From: Eledone cirrhosa | Taxonomy: Eukaryota | Assembly: GCA_964016885.1 (NCBI GenBank) | Contig: OZ024742.1 | Span: 49,352,001 to 49,416,000, forward strand | DNA: 64,000 nucleotides | Reading direction: 5' to 3' | Part shown: one piece after another, positions 1-13,036 of the stretch | Numbering within the stretch: position 1 is the first letter of the stretch | How the letters are laid out: each line of letters opens with the position of its first letter | Position numbers and translations under genes: made by a program | Notes under the pieces: generated by a model | Database searches by the model: none | What the model saw: the letters and a program-made list of their open reading frames with translations, nothing else | Told to the model about the DNA's origin: nothing

Positions 1-532
1 CGAAAAGGTCAGTGTGATTGGTCACCTTGACCTACATCACCAACATGAGAACAAAAGTTCAAATTACTGCTACACACACACATGTATAGATATATATAAA
101 AGCAAAAGTCCACCTATCCCCTTAAACTGAACATAAACAAATCTACCCCAATCCAAGGTTGTCCACAAGTACAGTTTAATGATATAATAGCTAATCCAAA
201 AGGGACCCTGATGCTAGCCACCTGTCTTCATGTACCTCAGTCCACACGGCATCAAGACATTTGCGTTTGTAATTTCAATCTATATTTATTGTCAGCATAT
301 CTGTTTGAGGGAAAATGTGAACTGTGCTATGATGCAATTTGATGTAGATCCTTTATTTTGAAATACATTATATTGTAATAAGAGTACCAATATAACTATA
401 TGGGTCAACATAATGCAATTTAGCTCTGTACGTAACATACAACACTCTTGTTCCTTTATCTAGTCTACAAAATCTCACAACACACTCACCCTCACTCTCT
501 TTCTCTCTTTCTATTCCTCTCCAATAAATGTG

Positions 533-671
533 AAGACTAAAATCCGAAGAGGGCTCGATAAGGATGATATATATATAAAATATATAAAACCATAGAGCAA
601 ATATTTATTAAAATAACAGATTAAAGTTTAAGCAAAAAATCGCTGCTCTCACCCTCAAGGGGATCTTCTGA
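533..671 (-). mobile_element. 3' fragment of the U4A hammerhead element family
   Basis: Homologous to 21836-21975. Retains CAGAAGA on the minus strand and ends in (TA)n. Confidence 0.75.
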
Positions 672-927
672 TTAATATATATATATATATATGTAATGTA
701 GGAAAGTAACACATTAGTTGATATATATAAAAATAAATAGTAGAGAAGAAAACATTTTTTCAGTCGAAAATGCTGAAGAGATTCTTTCAGTATAATATCA
801 AAACATTTATTTATTTATAAAGTGGATATTTCAGCATCTAATAATACCAATTTCAGCATTATATTTGTTTTCAACTGCGGATATGCATAATGTAGTTATG
901 CTGCATATTTATACGAATTATAAAAAG

Positions 928-1106
928 GGGAAGAACAATTATTAGTTTTTAGATACATATTTAGAGAGGAAAGTTCATATCTCTGTCCATGTTTGTCCTT
1001 CTTTCTCTATTAGTTGGCTGACTAACAGAGAAAGAAGGACAATACGGACAGAGATATGAACTTTCCTTTCTAAATATGTATGTAAAAACTAATCATTTTT
1101 CTTCCC
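928..1106. repeat. ~180-bp imperfect palindrome
   Basis: gggaagaacaattattagtttttagatacatatttagagaggaaagttcatatctctgtcc... is mirrored by ...ggacagagatatgaactttcctttctaaatatgtatgtaaaaactaatcatttttcttccc. Confidence 0.88.
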
Positions 1107-1433
1107 ACTTTCAACTATCGGTAGAGCGTCGGACAAATGCTTTGCGGTATTTAGTTATGTACTAGTTAAGTTCTATGGTCTATATAAACAACTTTCTTTA
1201 TTCCTCAAATTGGTGGGGGGTTGTGCCAATGCTAGAAAAATTCTAAACATAATGTCCACACCAATTTTACGTTGTTCAACATACAAAGAAAATGTTCAGT
1301 TATTTTGCGCTATCTAAGTTTTGTTTTATCATTCTTTTTACTTTGGCTCGATCTTTATATTTCAATCAGACTTGTACCATCTTTCTCAGCCCACTCACCC
1401 ACACAGTCTCTCTCTTATATATATATATATATA

Positions 1434-3868
1434 TGTGGAACAGTAAGGTGGAGGAGTCAATTAAGGCCAAAAAGTAGTCTTGGAAAGTATGGCGGGATGG
1501 GGGAAGTAGAGAAGACTATCAAGTGGCCAAGAGGGAAGCTAGGAGACAAGTGTACTTCGCAAGAAGGGAAGCAGAGGAAAGAAAATTCAAGCATGTTCTA
1601 CAACGCGAGGACCAAAAACGTGATGTGTTCAGGATTGCTAGGCAATGTGTCAAGGAAAACCGTGATATTGTCGGGGAGAAGTGTGTCCTTAATGATGATG
1701 GTGTACTTGACATCAGTGACGCTGATAAGAAGGTAGCTTGGGAGTGTCACTACGAAAGGCTACTAAATGAGGAGAATAAATGGGAGAAAGACAGTCTCCC
1801 CCACATCGATCCAATAGAGGGACCAGCAGTGTTAGTCGAAACTAGTATAATAAGTAAGGCAATCAAAGATATGAAGACGGGTAAGGTGGCTGGGCCTTCA
1901 GAAATAGTTGCTGAAATGCTGAAAGCTTCTGGAACGGTGGGACACACCAAAGTCACCCAGATAGTAAACCAAGTCATACAGAATGGGGTTGTTCCGAAGG
2001 ACTGGCGTAGCAGCATCATCATTAACTGCTATAAGGGTAAAGGAGATGCCCTAGATAGGAGTAAATATAGAGGAATTAAATTAATCGACCAGGTCATGAA
2101 GGTCACAGAAAAAGTAATAGCGCAACTAATCAGAGAGAGAATTGATCTAGATGAAATGTAGTTCGGGTTTGTGTCAGGTAAAAGTAACACAGATGCTCTT
2201 TTCATTGTACGACAACTACAGGAGAAGTACCTAGCTAAAAGTAAACCCCTATACTTAGCTTTTGTCGACTTGGAGAAAGCCTTCGACAGAGTCCCCCGTT
2301 CCATTATCTGGTGGGCTCTTAGAAAACTAGGTGTTGATGAATGGCTTGTGAGAGCTATACAAGCCATGTATAAAAAATAGTCAGCAAGGTTAGAATTAAC
2401 AACGAATATAGTGAAGCGTTTAGCGTAAAAGTTGGTGTTCATCGGGGCTCCGTTCTTAATCCCCTACTATTTATTATTTCCCTTCAGGCTATAACAGAGG
2501 AGTTCAAGACTGCCCATGGGAACTCCTATACGCAGATGATCTAACCCTCATAGCTGAATCAATGGCCGAACTAGAGAAGAAATTCCAAACATGGAAGCAT
2601 AGCCTAGAAGCAAAAAGGCCTTAAAATTAACCTGTCTAAGACTAAAGTTCTAGTTTGTAGGAAGGAAAATAGGGCACCGGTCCCATCCGGGAAATGGCCA
2701 TGCTCAGTGTGTAGGAAAGGAGTAGGTAGAAACTCCATTTTATGTCCCAAATGCAAAGTATGGGTGCATAAAAGATGTAGTGGGATCACAGGTAAGCTAA
2801 CTAAGAACATAGATTTTATATGTGGCCGGTGCTCTGGTGCAATAAGTAGCAGCAAGTGCCCACAGAATACTAGCTCATTCCATTGCACAGATGGTTCTAT
2901 GGAAATAGTGAACACCTTCCGTTACTTGGGTGACAAAATAAGCAGTGGGGGAGGGTGCTCTGAAAGTACAGTAGCTACAGTCAGAATTGGATGGAAAAAG
3001 TTCAGTGAGCTTATATCACTATTAGCCGCTAAAGGGTTCTCTCTAAAAATGAAAGGCAGGCTGTATGATGCCTGCATACGAACAGCAATGTTACATGGCA
3101 GTGAGACCTGGGCATTGTGTGCAGAGGATATACGCAGACTAGAGAGGAACGAAGCTTGCATGCTCCGCTGGATGTGTAATAGTAATATACGTGAACGGCA
3201 AAGCATAAACGAACTAAGGGAAAAATTAGAAATAAGAGGGATCAGATGTTGTTTTCTCGAGAGAAGACTACGTTGGTATGGTCACGTGATGCGCATGAAA
3301 GACAACAGCTGTATAAAAAAGTGCAGGGCAATAAAAATAGACGGTAACCACAGAGTAGGCAGACCCAGAAAAACCTGGGACGACTTGATAAATTCCAACC
3401 TCACACACTTATACCTCTCCAAGACAATATCACTGGACCAAGATCTTTGGCGCTACACAGTAATACAGAAGACCCGCCTTACCTAAGTACAAAGTGAAAC
3501 CTACTACAGTCAGTAGGCACCTCTAACAAAATACACCCCCGTCCAACTACCCCCACCCCATCCACACCACCCCTTTCAATGTAAAGTTATGCTGGTACCA
3601 CAACATCCAGTCCGAAACAAATAAGGTCGTGTAGGTTTCACGACAAAAAAAACACACAGTCCACACTGTAATGTGGCCATGTAGGTAACACGGTAAAAAC
3701 CTCCCAGTCCACAGTGTAAACGTGGTTGGTGTTAGGAAGGGCATCCGGCCGTAGAAAACCCGCCAGACAGTCCTATGCGAGCAAGACAACCACTCTTGCC
3801 TCAAGTGGGAAAACTCCCATCCAAACCCATGCAAGCGTGGAAGATGGACGTTAAACGATGATGATGAT
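1434..3868 (+). mobile_element. 5'-truncated RTE-clade non-LTR retrotransposon (copy 1), disrupted RT ORF with internal PHD-like finger, 3' UTR and (GAT)n tail
   Basis: ORF fragments 1523-2161, 2171-2380 and 2707-3486 carry RT motifs ([70 protein letters not shown]). Stops and frameshifts are present. Ends in gatgatgat and is flanked by (TA)n on both sides. Confidence 0.95.
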
Positions 3869-3909
3869 ATATATATATATATTTATATATATATATATAT
3901 ATATATGTA

Positions 3910-3964
<55 letters not shown>

Positions 3965-4215
3965 TTATATATATATATATATGTATATTTATATATATAT
4001 ATAGCTCTCCTCTTGTTGTTTACTTGTCTCACTTGCTTTACGCGTTTTAATTGTCCTAATAACTTAATTTAGTTATTATTGCACCGACGTGAGGTATATG
4101 ATTTTTAATGCAATGACATATCTATGATCGTCAGCAAATCACTGATGAGGGACTCATTTTATTACATGTTATCCATGTGCAACCTGCAGTATTCTTCTCC
4201 CCATTTTTTCACATA

Positions 4216-4252
<37 letters not shown>

Positions 4253-4301
4253 TTGTATATATATATATGTATATTTATATATATATATATATATGTATAT
4301 T

Positions 4302-4332
<31 letters not shown>

Positions 4333-4705
4333 TTATATATGTATATATATATGTATATTTATATATGTATATATATATGTATATTTATATATGTATATTT
4401 ATATATATATATATATGTATATTTATATATATATATATATGTATATTTATATATATATATATATAATATATTTAGAAACACACAGATACATGCGGACACA
4501 CACATATATACATGAATGCATCCGCACCCAACTGTGAGTTAAGGGTGCCAACTTCACCGATGTTGCTCAATGAATGACTGGGACAGACTAATTCAGTTTG
4601 AACCAGACTGAACCAGTATCAGAGTTAAAAATACATTATGAAGAGAGAAGAAACATTTAGATATAATTAGTAATAAAATGTATCATACCTAAACTGTTCC
4701 TAAAT

Positions 4706-4793
4706 TCCTCGACTACGTAGTTTCGTGGCATAAACAAAAACAATATATCAAAGATATAGAGTCCTTGCGAGGTCTGCCGACTTATCAAGAGGA
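4706..4793 (-). ncRNA. Type I hammerhead, U3-A8 core variant
   Basis: Minus strand: TCCTC TTGATAA GTCGGCA [loop] TGCCAC GAAA CTACGTAG TC GAGGA. Confidence 0.8.
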
Positions 4794-5296
4794 TACCTCA
4801 TTTTACTAGTCTCAAGAACGCGTCTACACGACGTGAGAAAGAATCCCAAAAGGCGGAGGGGGAGACAGTCACGCGATATAACGGTCGAGAAACAGAGCTA
4901 AGCCTCTTATAACCACGAAGAAAATACCACGGAGGCGGAGGGGGCATTCATATCGAGGCCGTAGAAGAGGTAGTGAAGAAGGCGAGAAGTATGAGTAATG
5001 GAAGCTTTCCAGTTGTCCCCACACTTCAAAGATTGCTCGACCAGAGGGAGTTATTAATATATTTAGAAACACACAGATACATGCGGACACACACATATAT
5101 ACATGAATGCATCCGCACCCAACTGTGAGTTAAGGGTGCCAACTTCACCGATGTTGCTCAATGAATGACTGGGACAGACTAATTCAGTTTGAACCAGACT
5201 GAACCAGTATCAGAGTTAAAAATACATTATGAAGAGAGAAGAAACATTTAGATATAATTAGTAATAAAATGTATCATACCTAAACTGTTCCTAAAT

Positions 5297-5384
5297 TCCT
5301 CGACTACGTAGTTTCGTGGCATAAACAAAAACAATATATCAAAGATATAGAGTCCTTGCGAGGTCTGCCGACTTATCAAGAGGA
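5297..5384 (-). ncRNA. Type I hammerhead, U3-A8 core variant (second tandem copy)
   Basis: Same sequence as 4706-4793, 591 nt away. Confidence 0.8.
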
Positions 5385-5575
5385 TACCTCATTTTACTAG
5401 TCTCAAGAACGCGTCTACACGACGTGAGAAAGAATCCCAAAAGGCGGAGGGGGAGACAGTCACGCGATATAACGGTCGAGATGTATATTTATATATATAT
5501 ATATATGTATATTTATATATATATATATATGTATATTTATATATATATATATGTATATTTATATATATATATATT

Positions 5576-5608
<33 letters not shown>

Positions 5609-5761
5609 ATATATTTATATATGTATATTTATATATATATGTATATTTATATATATATATATATATATGTATTTATATATGTATATTTATATATATATGT
5701 ATATTTATATATATATATATATATATACTTATATATGTATATTTATATATATATGTATATT

Positions 5762-5792
<31 letters not shown>

Positions 5793-5813
5793 GTATATTT
5801 ATATATATATGTA

Positions 5814-5896
<83 letters not shown>

Positions 5897-5965
5897 TTAT
5901 ATATATATATATGTATGTTTATATATATATATATGTATGTTTATATATATATGTATGTATGTATG

Positions 5966-5997
<32 letters not shown>

Positions 5998-6001
5998 TAC
6001 A

Positions 6002-6413
6002 TCACCGGGAGAGATGACCCCTTAGCCTTTGTCAAGGCAGAATTCTAGGAGAAGGAAAACTCTGATATAATACCTGCGACCCTGATGGTATCCAATGATG
6101 TTAACTTGTTCTTCTTTTTGGTAAATATCATCTTGGTTAAGAGAGTGGGACTGGCTTTGTGCAGTGCCTTTGCTCACTATAAAAGCTTCACAGCACAGGC
6201 ATTGCTTTATACCTGGAGTGCTCTGCACTTGTCGTAACATGGTACCATGGGCCCAGTACTATTTGTCAATAATTGTCATAAATGTAGTGTTTGTACCAGA
6301 GTTTTCAAATCGCTGGCTGGACTAAAAAGTCACACTCATTCAGCGCATCGGTAGGGGTTCCCCTACATGGATATAAAGTAGTGCCCATACTCGAAAACGA
6401 GTTGGCAGCCACC
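6002..6413 (+). mobile_element. Bipartite non-autonomous RTE derivative (5' UTR-like part + C2H2 zinc-finger 3' end)
   Basis: aggagaaggaaaactctga resembles the RTE 5' UTR motif. 6277-6354 encodes HKCSVCTRVFKSLAGLKSHTHSAHR*. Flanked by (TA)n. Confidence 0.6.
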
Positions 6414-6560
6414 ATATATATATATATATTGTACGTTTAAGCAACCATTGCATATTTTCTTAGCAACATGATACAAACTGTCATTGAAACGATATACATA
6501 ATTTCTTTTCGAATCTCTCCTAGATTTTATTTTTTAGCATTTTTCTTTTTCCTCTCTCTG

Positions 6561-6595
6561 CCATCTAATGAACCATGTAGCCCGAAACGTTATGG
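6561..6595 (+). ncRNA. Degenerate minimal hammerhead relic
   Basis: CCAT CTAATGA ... CCC GAAAC GTT ATGG. G5 is mutated and stem II is broken. Confidence 0.45.
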
Positions 6596-7909
6596 ACTAA
6601 CTTTATCTGCTGTGTCTTAAAATCGTCTCTTCTAATTGTCCGTCTTCTTTTCATATCTCTGCCACTTTGCTATGTATATGTGTGTGTCATTCAATATCAA
6701 TTTTCCCCTTATACATATATATATTTTTACAAGATGTAGAAAGCCCAAATGCAGAAAATGTCTGTAAACACAGTTGATTGTTATAAATAATAGTTCAGAA
6801 ATTCATGTAACATACCCATAAAGGGAAAATGTGATTACATATATACACACACACACACATATATATATAAATATTTATATATATATAAACACATTTTATC
6901 TCTCAGCATATATATATATATACACGCATGTGGTGGGTATTATAGATATTCTAGATGTCTGCATATCAGGTTTCCAGATAGAAATGTGCAACATATCTGA
7001 TTGTAAATATTACACATACTTCTGTAATGCAGAAGTATGTGAAGAGAACAATTTTTCGTCTACAAAACAATAATGCTACTAACCTACAGCTACTACTACT
7101 ACTAATATTTTTACTACTACTACTACTACGACGACATTGACTACTAATGCTGCTGCTACAACGGTTTTACTACAAATACAACTAATGCTGCTGCTTATAC
7201 TATTTCTATTACTAATACTATGACAACACAAACTGTATCAGATGAAAAAAATATACTGCAAAGAATTTATAAATGAAATGAACCAGAAAACTACACCAGA
7301 AATTCGACATTTTTCATCAAAACTTGGTTTCTTTCTTTCTATCTTCACGTTTTCCCTCTTCTTGCGTTCTCCTTTCTTGTTTCCCTTTCCTCCCTCTTTC
7401 TTATTCTCTTTATTTCTGTCTTTTTCTGTTACTCTTTCTTTGCTACTATTTGTTTTATCCCCACCCCACCCCCCACACACACACACTCTCTCTCTGTCAT
7501 GGGGGAAACAGCCTCTAATAAGGAGTAAAAATGATAAAAACGTTAAAGAAAAACATTCAGAGTAAGAATCATTGCAGATATTTCTCATTGGTGCCAGAGT
7601 GTATTGCAATTTCTACTAATTTTAGCTGATGCGTGCTGCCAATAAGCATTTCACTGAAAGAAGCACTCTTCTGTCATGTTTCGTTGGAATATGGAAAGAA
7701 AGATAGTCTCCACTGCAGATAAAATGCAAGAGATATAATTGTAAGAATTAGTTCTTCCGCCATTGTATATATATATATATATATATATAAGCAAAGAATC
7801 AGGGGTATTCATGAAGTATTGAGCAAATTTTGAAAGTATGTTAGCTTAACATAAGCTGTTTCAATGCAGATTTTTAGACTATGAAATATATAAACATGTA
7901 TACTTCACC

Positions 7910-8185
7910 AACATGTTTAAAGCAGCTCTGACCATTTTTGTGTATGTGCCATCTAGTTTCTTCTTTAGTCACTTAGTGAGTGTCCTTGTGGTACTCCTGT
8001 ACAGCAGGAATGAATCCACTCTGGCTTGGAAGAATTCACATTTTATTTGTTTGGGAAGCTCCGATTTCCAAGTTGTCAGCTTATCAACCCAAACCCAAGA
8101 TGTGCTGATGCTTGTGTTTATGTCACTTTTAATGAGACCGTGTTTCAAGATCTTCCTTCTAAGATAGGTGATCTGGTCATCTTCA
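7910..8185 (-). pseudogene. Degenerate RTE-type RT C-terminal fragment (different family)
   Basis: Manual minus translation DQITYL...SDINTSISTSW...WKSELPKQIKCEFFQARVDSFLLYRSTTRTLTK*LKKKLDGTYTKMVRAALN resembles the RTE consensus FxYLGS...LLYGCxTWTLT. Confidence 0.8.
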
Positions 8186-8711
8186 TGTCAGAGGGTTACT
8201 AAATTGTTAGTTTATACTGACATCCTCATTGAAATACATTTACATAGATCAATACCTCTGTTTTCCCTCTCCAAACTGCAGCAGGGATTCCAATTCATGT
8301 GTGTATATAAATGTAAGTATATTTATAATGAAAATATGAAAAAAATATTAATTTGGTAACTCTAACACTATCTACCTCAGACTGTTCCTATATTATAAAG
8401 GCTATGAACAACTCAGTTTGCATCTCATATTCCAAACAACACGTCTTTTTTGTACATTTAGACAGTCTGCATTTTTTATCTATATCGATTAATGTATATT
8501 TATTGCTATAATCAAGGGATTATTAAATTTAATAATTTGTTGATTATGTTAAGATGCTTGAAATTTCCAAAAATTCCTTTACCTTTGAAAACTTGGATCT
8601 GCCTGATTCCCTTGCAACAGTGGAGGTAGTTGTAGGAAAAGTTCTTATCTTTGTTTTGTCTTTCTTCCCAGACTATAATAAATTGGTTATCAGTGATCAT
8701 GTGCTTTATTC

Positions 8712-8757
<46 letters not shown>

Positions 8758-9100
8758 TATACATATGTACGCACTACACACACACATTTCCCATATACAA
8801 GAATGAAATATTTAGAAAGTAGCATGTAATATCTGTGATGGACTAGGGGTGTATATAAAACATTGTTATTGATTGTTGTGAGAATTGATTTTTTTCTTTG
8901 AATGTGAATCTTCCTAATGTTGGGTCAGTTCCCATCATGGGGCCATTAAGATGTTGTAGACATTAAAAATTAAAAAGAAGGAAAAAATCTTGGGAAGCAT
9001 TAAAATGCTTTTGTACATGTAAAAGTCATATATATATAAACATACACATACATCTATATATGTATGTGTCTGTTTGTATATATATATGCATGTTTATATA

Positions 9101-9149
<49 letters not shown>

Positions 9150-9437
9150 GCATGTATATGTATGTGTGTGTATGTGTATGTATATGTATGTATATGTATG
9201 TATATATATACATATATGTATATATATGTATATGTATGTATATATATACATATATATGTGTGTCTGTGTGTATGTATACATCTGTGTGTGTGTGTGATTT
9301 TATGTGTCTTCCGAGTATACAGATTCAAGAATATCTTAGTTTCTGAACATCTTGAAAGGGGTGAATGTATAATTTCTCTTCATAAATTATTAATGAACAT
9401 CATCATCATTTCTATCCAAATATTGAATATCTATATG

Positions 9438-9469
<32 letters not shown>

Positions 9470-9519
9470 CATGGTGTCCCCCAAAAATGTATACACATAT
9501 TTATTAGAATGCTGTTGAA

Positions 9520-10686
9520 GTGTCTCTGCAATGGTTGGCAAAGATGATCTTTTAACTGGTTGAAGTCCTTCATTCTCAGTCAAAAAGAGGTAGTCACGGA
9601 TCTAGCTCAGCATTCTTCACCATATGAAATGACAACTGGTGTATCACAGGGATCCGGTCTTGGTCCTCTTTGGTTTGTTGCATTTATTAATGACATAGAT
9701 GCCAACTTAAAGGATGCCATAGCGCTGAAATATGCAGATGACATCAAGCTGTACCTTGAGATAAATAGGATAAATCCTGAACACTATAGATCTTTCCTGC
9801 TATCAGACCTAGACACAATGCAGCAATGGATCACGGGCTAGCAACACAAGCTGGCTTTGAACAGGTGTACCACCATCCATTTTAGGAGGAACAACCGCAT
9901 GTACACATACTCCTTCCACAACACTAATATCAAGAAGTCTTCTTGTGAACCTGCCCTAGGCATTACTGTCAGCAGAGATTTGCGTTGGAAAAAGCACATC
10001 TCTAAAATTGTCAAGAAGGCCTACGGTGATATGGCATCACTCAACAAGACCTTTGTCAGCCACTCTCCAGTTTAAAGCTGTATATAGTTATAGTGCAGCC
10101 ACACTTAGAATTTGCATCAGAAGTCTGTAACCCTTATCTTGTTCAGAACATTGACCTCCTGAAAACTGTTCAGAGACATTCAGTCAAGTGAATACCCTCC
10201 ATCAGGCATCTACCATACTCTGAAAACCTTGCTTCCCTGGGCATGGATACATTAAAGCTCCGATGTCGGGCAACTGACTTTGTAAACACCCACAAAATTA
10301 TTAACCCATTTTGCCAACAACAACCCTGCACACCTTCTTGAATTGCATGTGTCTAACACCCATGAACATGCCTACAAAGTCAGAAACAACACTGCTCTCA
10401 TGACTTTCGGAGACTTTTTTTCATGCTCAGAGTTGCTGAAGCATGGAACAAACTACCTGCATTAGTTGTTAGCTGCCGAGTCACTGCATCCTTTAAAACC
10501 TCCATGTTTCCTGAAATTCGCCAACACCACACCTGATACCCTCCCTCCATACACACACACACATGTATATCATGACTCATACACTGTTCACTTTCCTGAC
10601 ATTTGTACATTATTTTATGTACTACACATACACCTTTGATGAGTTGTAGTGCATCTGAGAACTGTACACAATAATTTCATTAGTAT
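9520..10686 (+). mobile_element. Degenerate CR1/L2-group LINE 3' fragment
   Basis: TGVSQGSGLGPLWFVAFINDI...KYADDIKLY, LGITVSRDLRWKKHI, PHLEFA, FFMLRVAEAWNKLP. Short (ATT)-like tail. Confidence 0.88.
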
Positions 10687-12450
10687 TACATTTTATGGGA
10701 CACATTGTGTATATATATATATATATATATACCCACACATACACATACCTATATATATATATAAGCAGAAAATGCACACAGTTACATGACATGTAAAAAA
10801 TAATCCATCACCTATTTAGCCCCCACGCCACTGGCTGTGTAGCTTTGCACATTGGGTGTACTGCACTTATAATGTCAGTTTGCCCAACAGATTGTGGACC
10901 ATTCTGGCTGTCATGTATGTACAATTGTAACAAAACAAAGGATAGATTGGAAACGATCTACTGGTATCTTACAACGAAAGGGGATTCATATGAGAACTTA
11001 AACTACAATTGATTTGACAGCAGATTGTGCATGTAAGTCTACAACAAATATCATCATATATATATATAGAGAGATATAGATATTTAATGCTAAATGTGGA
11101 GATGAATAATAATCATTTGGTTAGGACTGCAGTTTTGCAATATATATATGTAAGTTTTTAATAAGCTCGTATTTAGAATATTACATAACACAAGTTTCTG
11201 AAATAGAATTATAATAAATGAATTTAATATAAATCTGAACATTTTAGACAGTTTTGTATCATGAAGCCAGGACAGTATCTGGTGGTTTGATATCAAATGG
11301 ATTAAAGATAAAATAATACATGTGTGTGTGTGTGTGGGGGGGGGGGGCTATTATTTCCTCCTTTATCTTCTCCTCTTCTTCATCATTAACACGATTACTG
11401 ATAATATTATATACACCATTCAGGTTTGCAAATATACATTATATAGCATAATACAGACATACTCCTCTAACCTTTGTAAACTGTAATGTTTTCTTTTTAG
11501 TGTTCCACTGCATGTAACTATTATTGAATTGGGTTGCGCATACAGATTAATGTATGCATTAACACGTGCAAACACATGTACATGCTCAACGACACACACA
11601 ATCACACTTTCATACACAAATTTACACACTTTACACACACATTGATAAACACACCTACACACAAATTTATTATTTTTATTAATAAAACGTTTTTTCATCT
11701 AGAACACACAAATATTCACATACTCACACACATTCTCATACATACTCTTGCAAACACTTTAACAAACATTTGACATAACTATGATGGCATTTATAGTGTT
11801 CTAAATTTAAGATTCCTATTTGCTCCTATTTTCAATAGTTATTCAAAGCATTGACAACTATATTATTTCTTCCAATTCATTTCCTGCCAAATAGCAAACA
11901 ATCAACATGTAAATGTTTACAGAATCTACAATATACTTTCAAGTAAATTCAAATTGTTTTTGCTAATTTTCTTTTAAACAAATTCAGTGCTGATATAGTC
12001 AAATAATATTGCTGCATATGGGAAGGTTTTTTCTGACATGTTTATATGAGCAAATTCGTTTTCAGTATATACATTTTAAAAAAAATTGTAACACAAGGCA
12101 GGGGTCTTTTTTGAAGCAATTATTTTTTTTTTTTATTTGGATACCATTTCTATTATTAACCACTTAACTTAGATGTAATAATGAAACATGCTATATTTTG
12201 TTCCACAAGACAAAGTAGAATAAATAATCAAACACTTTGTTCAGAGGAACAACATAATGATTGTTATAATATTGGAACTTATGCCCTTAAATGTTTAACT
12301 TGATCAGCAGCTTCACCATGAAATCTCAATAGTAATAAGATTTGTTTAACCTTTTCGTTACCGTATCTCTAATGAAATACACTATTTGATTTAATTAACA
12401 TTTCTGAGACCAAATAATCTGCATTTGCCTCTAGTTCTACAATACAAAAC

Positions 12451-13036
12451 TCATCATCATCATCATCATCACCGTTTTACGTCCGTTCTTCCACGCTAGC
12501 ATGGGTTAGACGGGTTGTCCTGTTGTGGGCAGTGTCTGGTCGGCTGACCATGCCTTGCTCATACAGGAACTGATCTGGCTTGATTTCTACAGCTGGATGC
12601 CCTTCCTAACACCAACCTCATTTACAGTGAGTGCTGGGTGCTTTTTCGTGGCGCCTACACGTCCACTTTACAGTGTGGGCTGGGTGCTTTTTTGCCGTGG
12701 CACCTCCACGACCACCTTGCGGTGGGGGGGGGGGCATATTGTTTATATGCTTCAGCATGTACCCATGGGAGGTCGGGTACCCTGTATTACTGCGTGACGC
12801 CAGAAGTCACGGTCGTGTGTCATTGACTTTGAGAGGTGTAGTTGGGTAAGGTCGGCTTTTATCACCTCATCCCAAGTCATCTTGGGTCTCCCCACTCCGC
12901 GGTTTCCATCAACTTCTAGTGCTCTGCACCTTTTTATGCAGCTGTCATCCTTCATACGCATCACATGTCCATACCAGCGTAACCGCCTCTCCTGCACGCA
13001 GCATTTGATGCCTCTTATGCTCAGTCTCTCTCTCAA
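12451..13036 (-). mobile_element. RTE LINE 3' fragment (related subfamily)
   Basis: Minus ORF RRLRWYGHVMRMKDDSCIKRC...GRPKMTWDEVIKADL, similar 3' UTR, (GAT)n tail at 12451. Confidence 0.9.

Larger units (their letters stand above)
4465..5480 (-). mobile_element. Non-coding partial tandem (591-bp unit x1.7; ~425-bp pseudo-LTR) with two hammerheads, inserted in (TA)n
   Basis: 4465-4889 is repeated at 5056-5480 (offset 591) with no differences seen. No meaningful ORF. TA microsatellite on both flanks. Confidence 0.85.
3866..6000. repeat. Compound (TA)n/(TATATATGTATATT)-type microsatellite interrupted by insertions at 4003-4211 and 4465-5480
   Basis: Direct reading. Confidence 0.95.

Noticed and set aside
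765-865. CTGAAGA-GAT...ATC-AAAAC motif
   Set aside because: G12 is absent and there is no convincing stem III.
4135-4195. CTGATGA in a TA-flanked insert
   Set aside because: No GAAA, stem III or closing stem I can be read; at best a heavily decayed relic.
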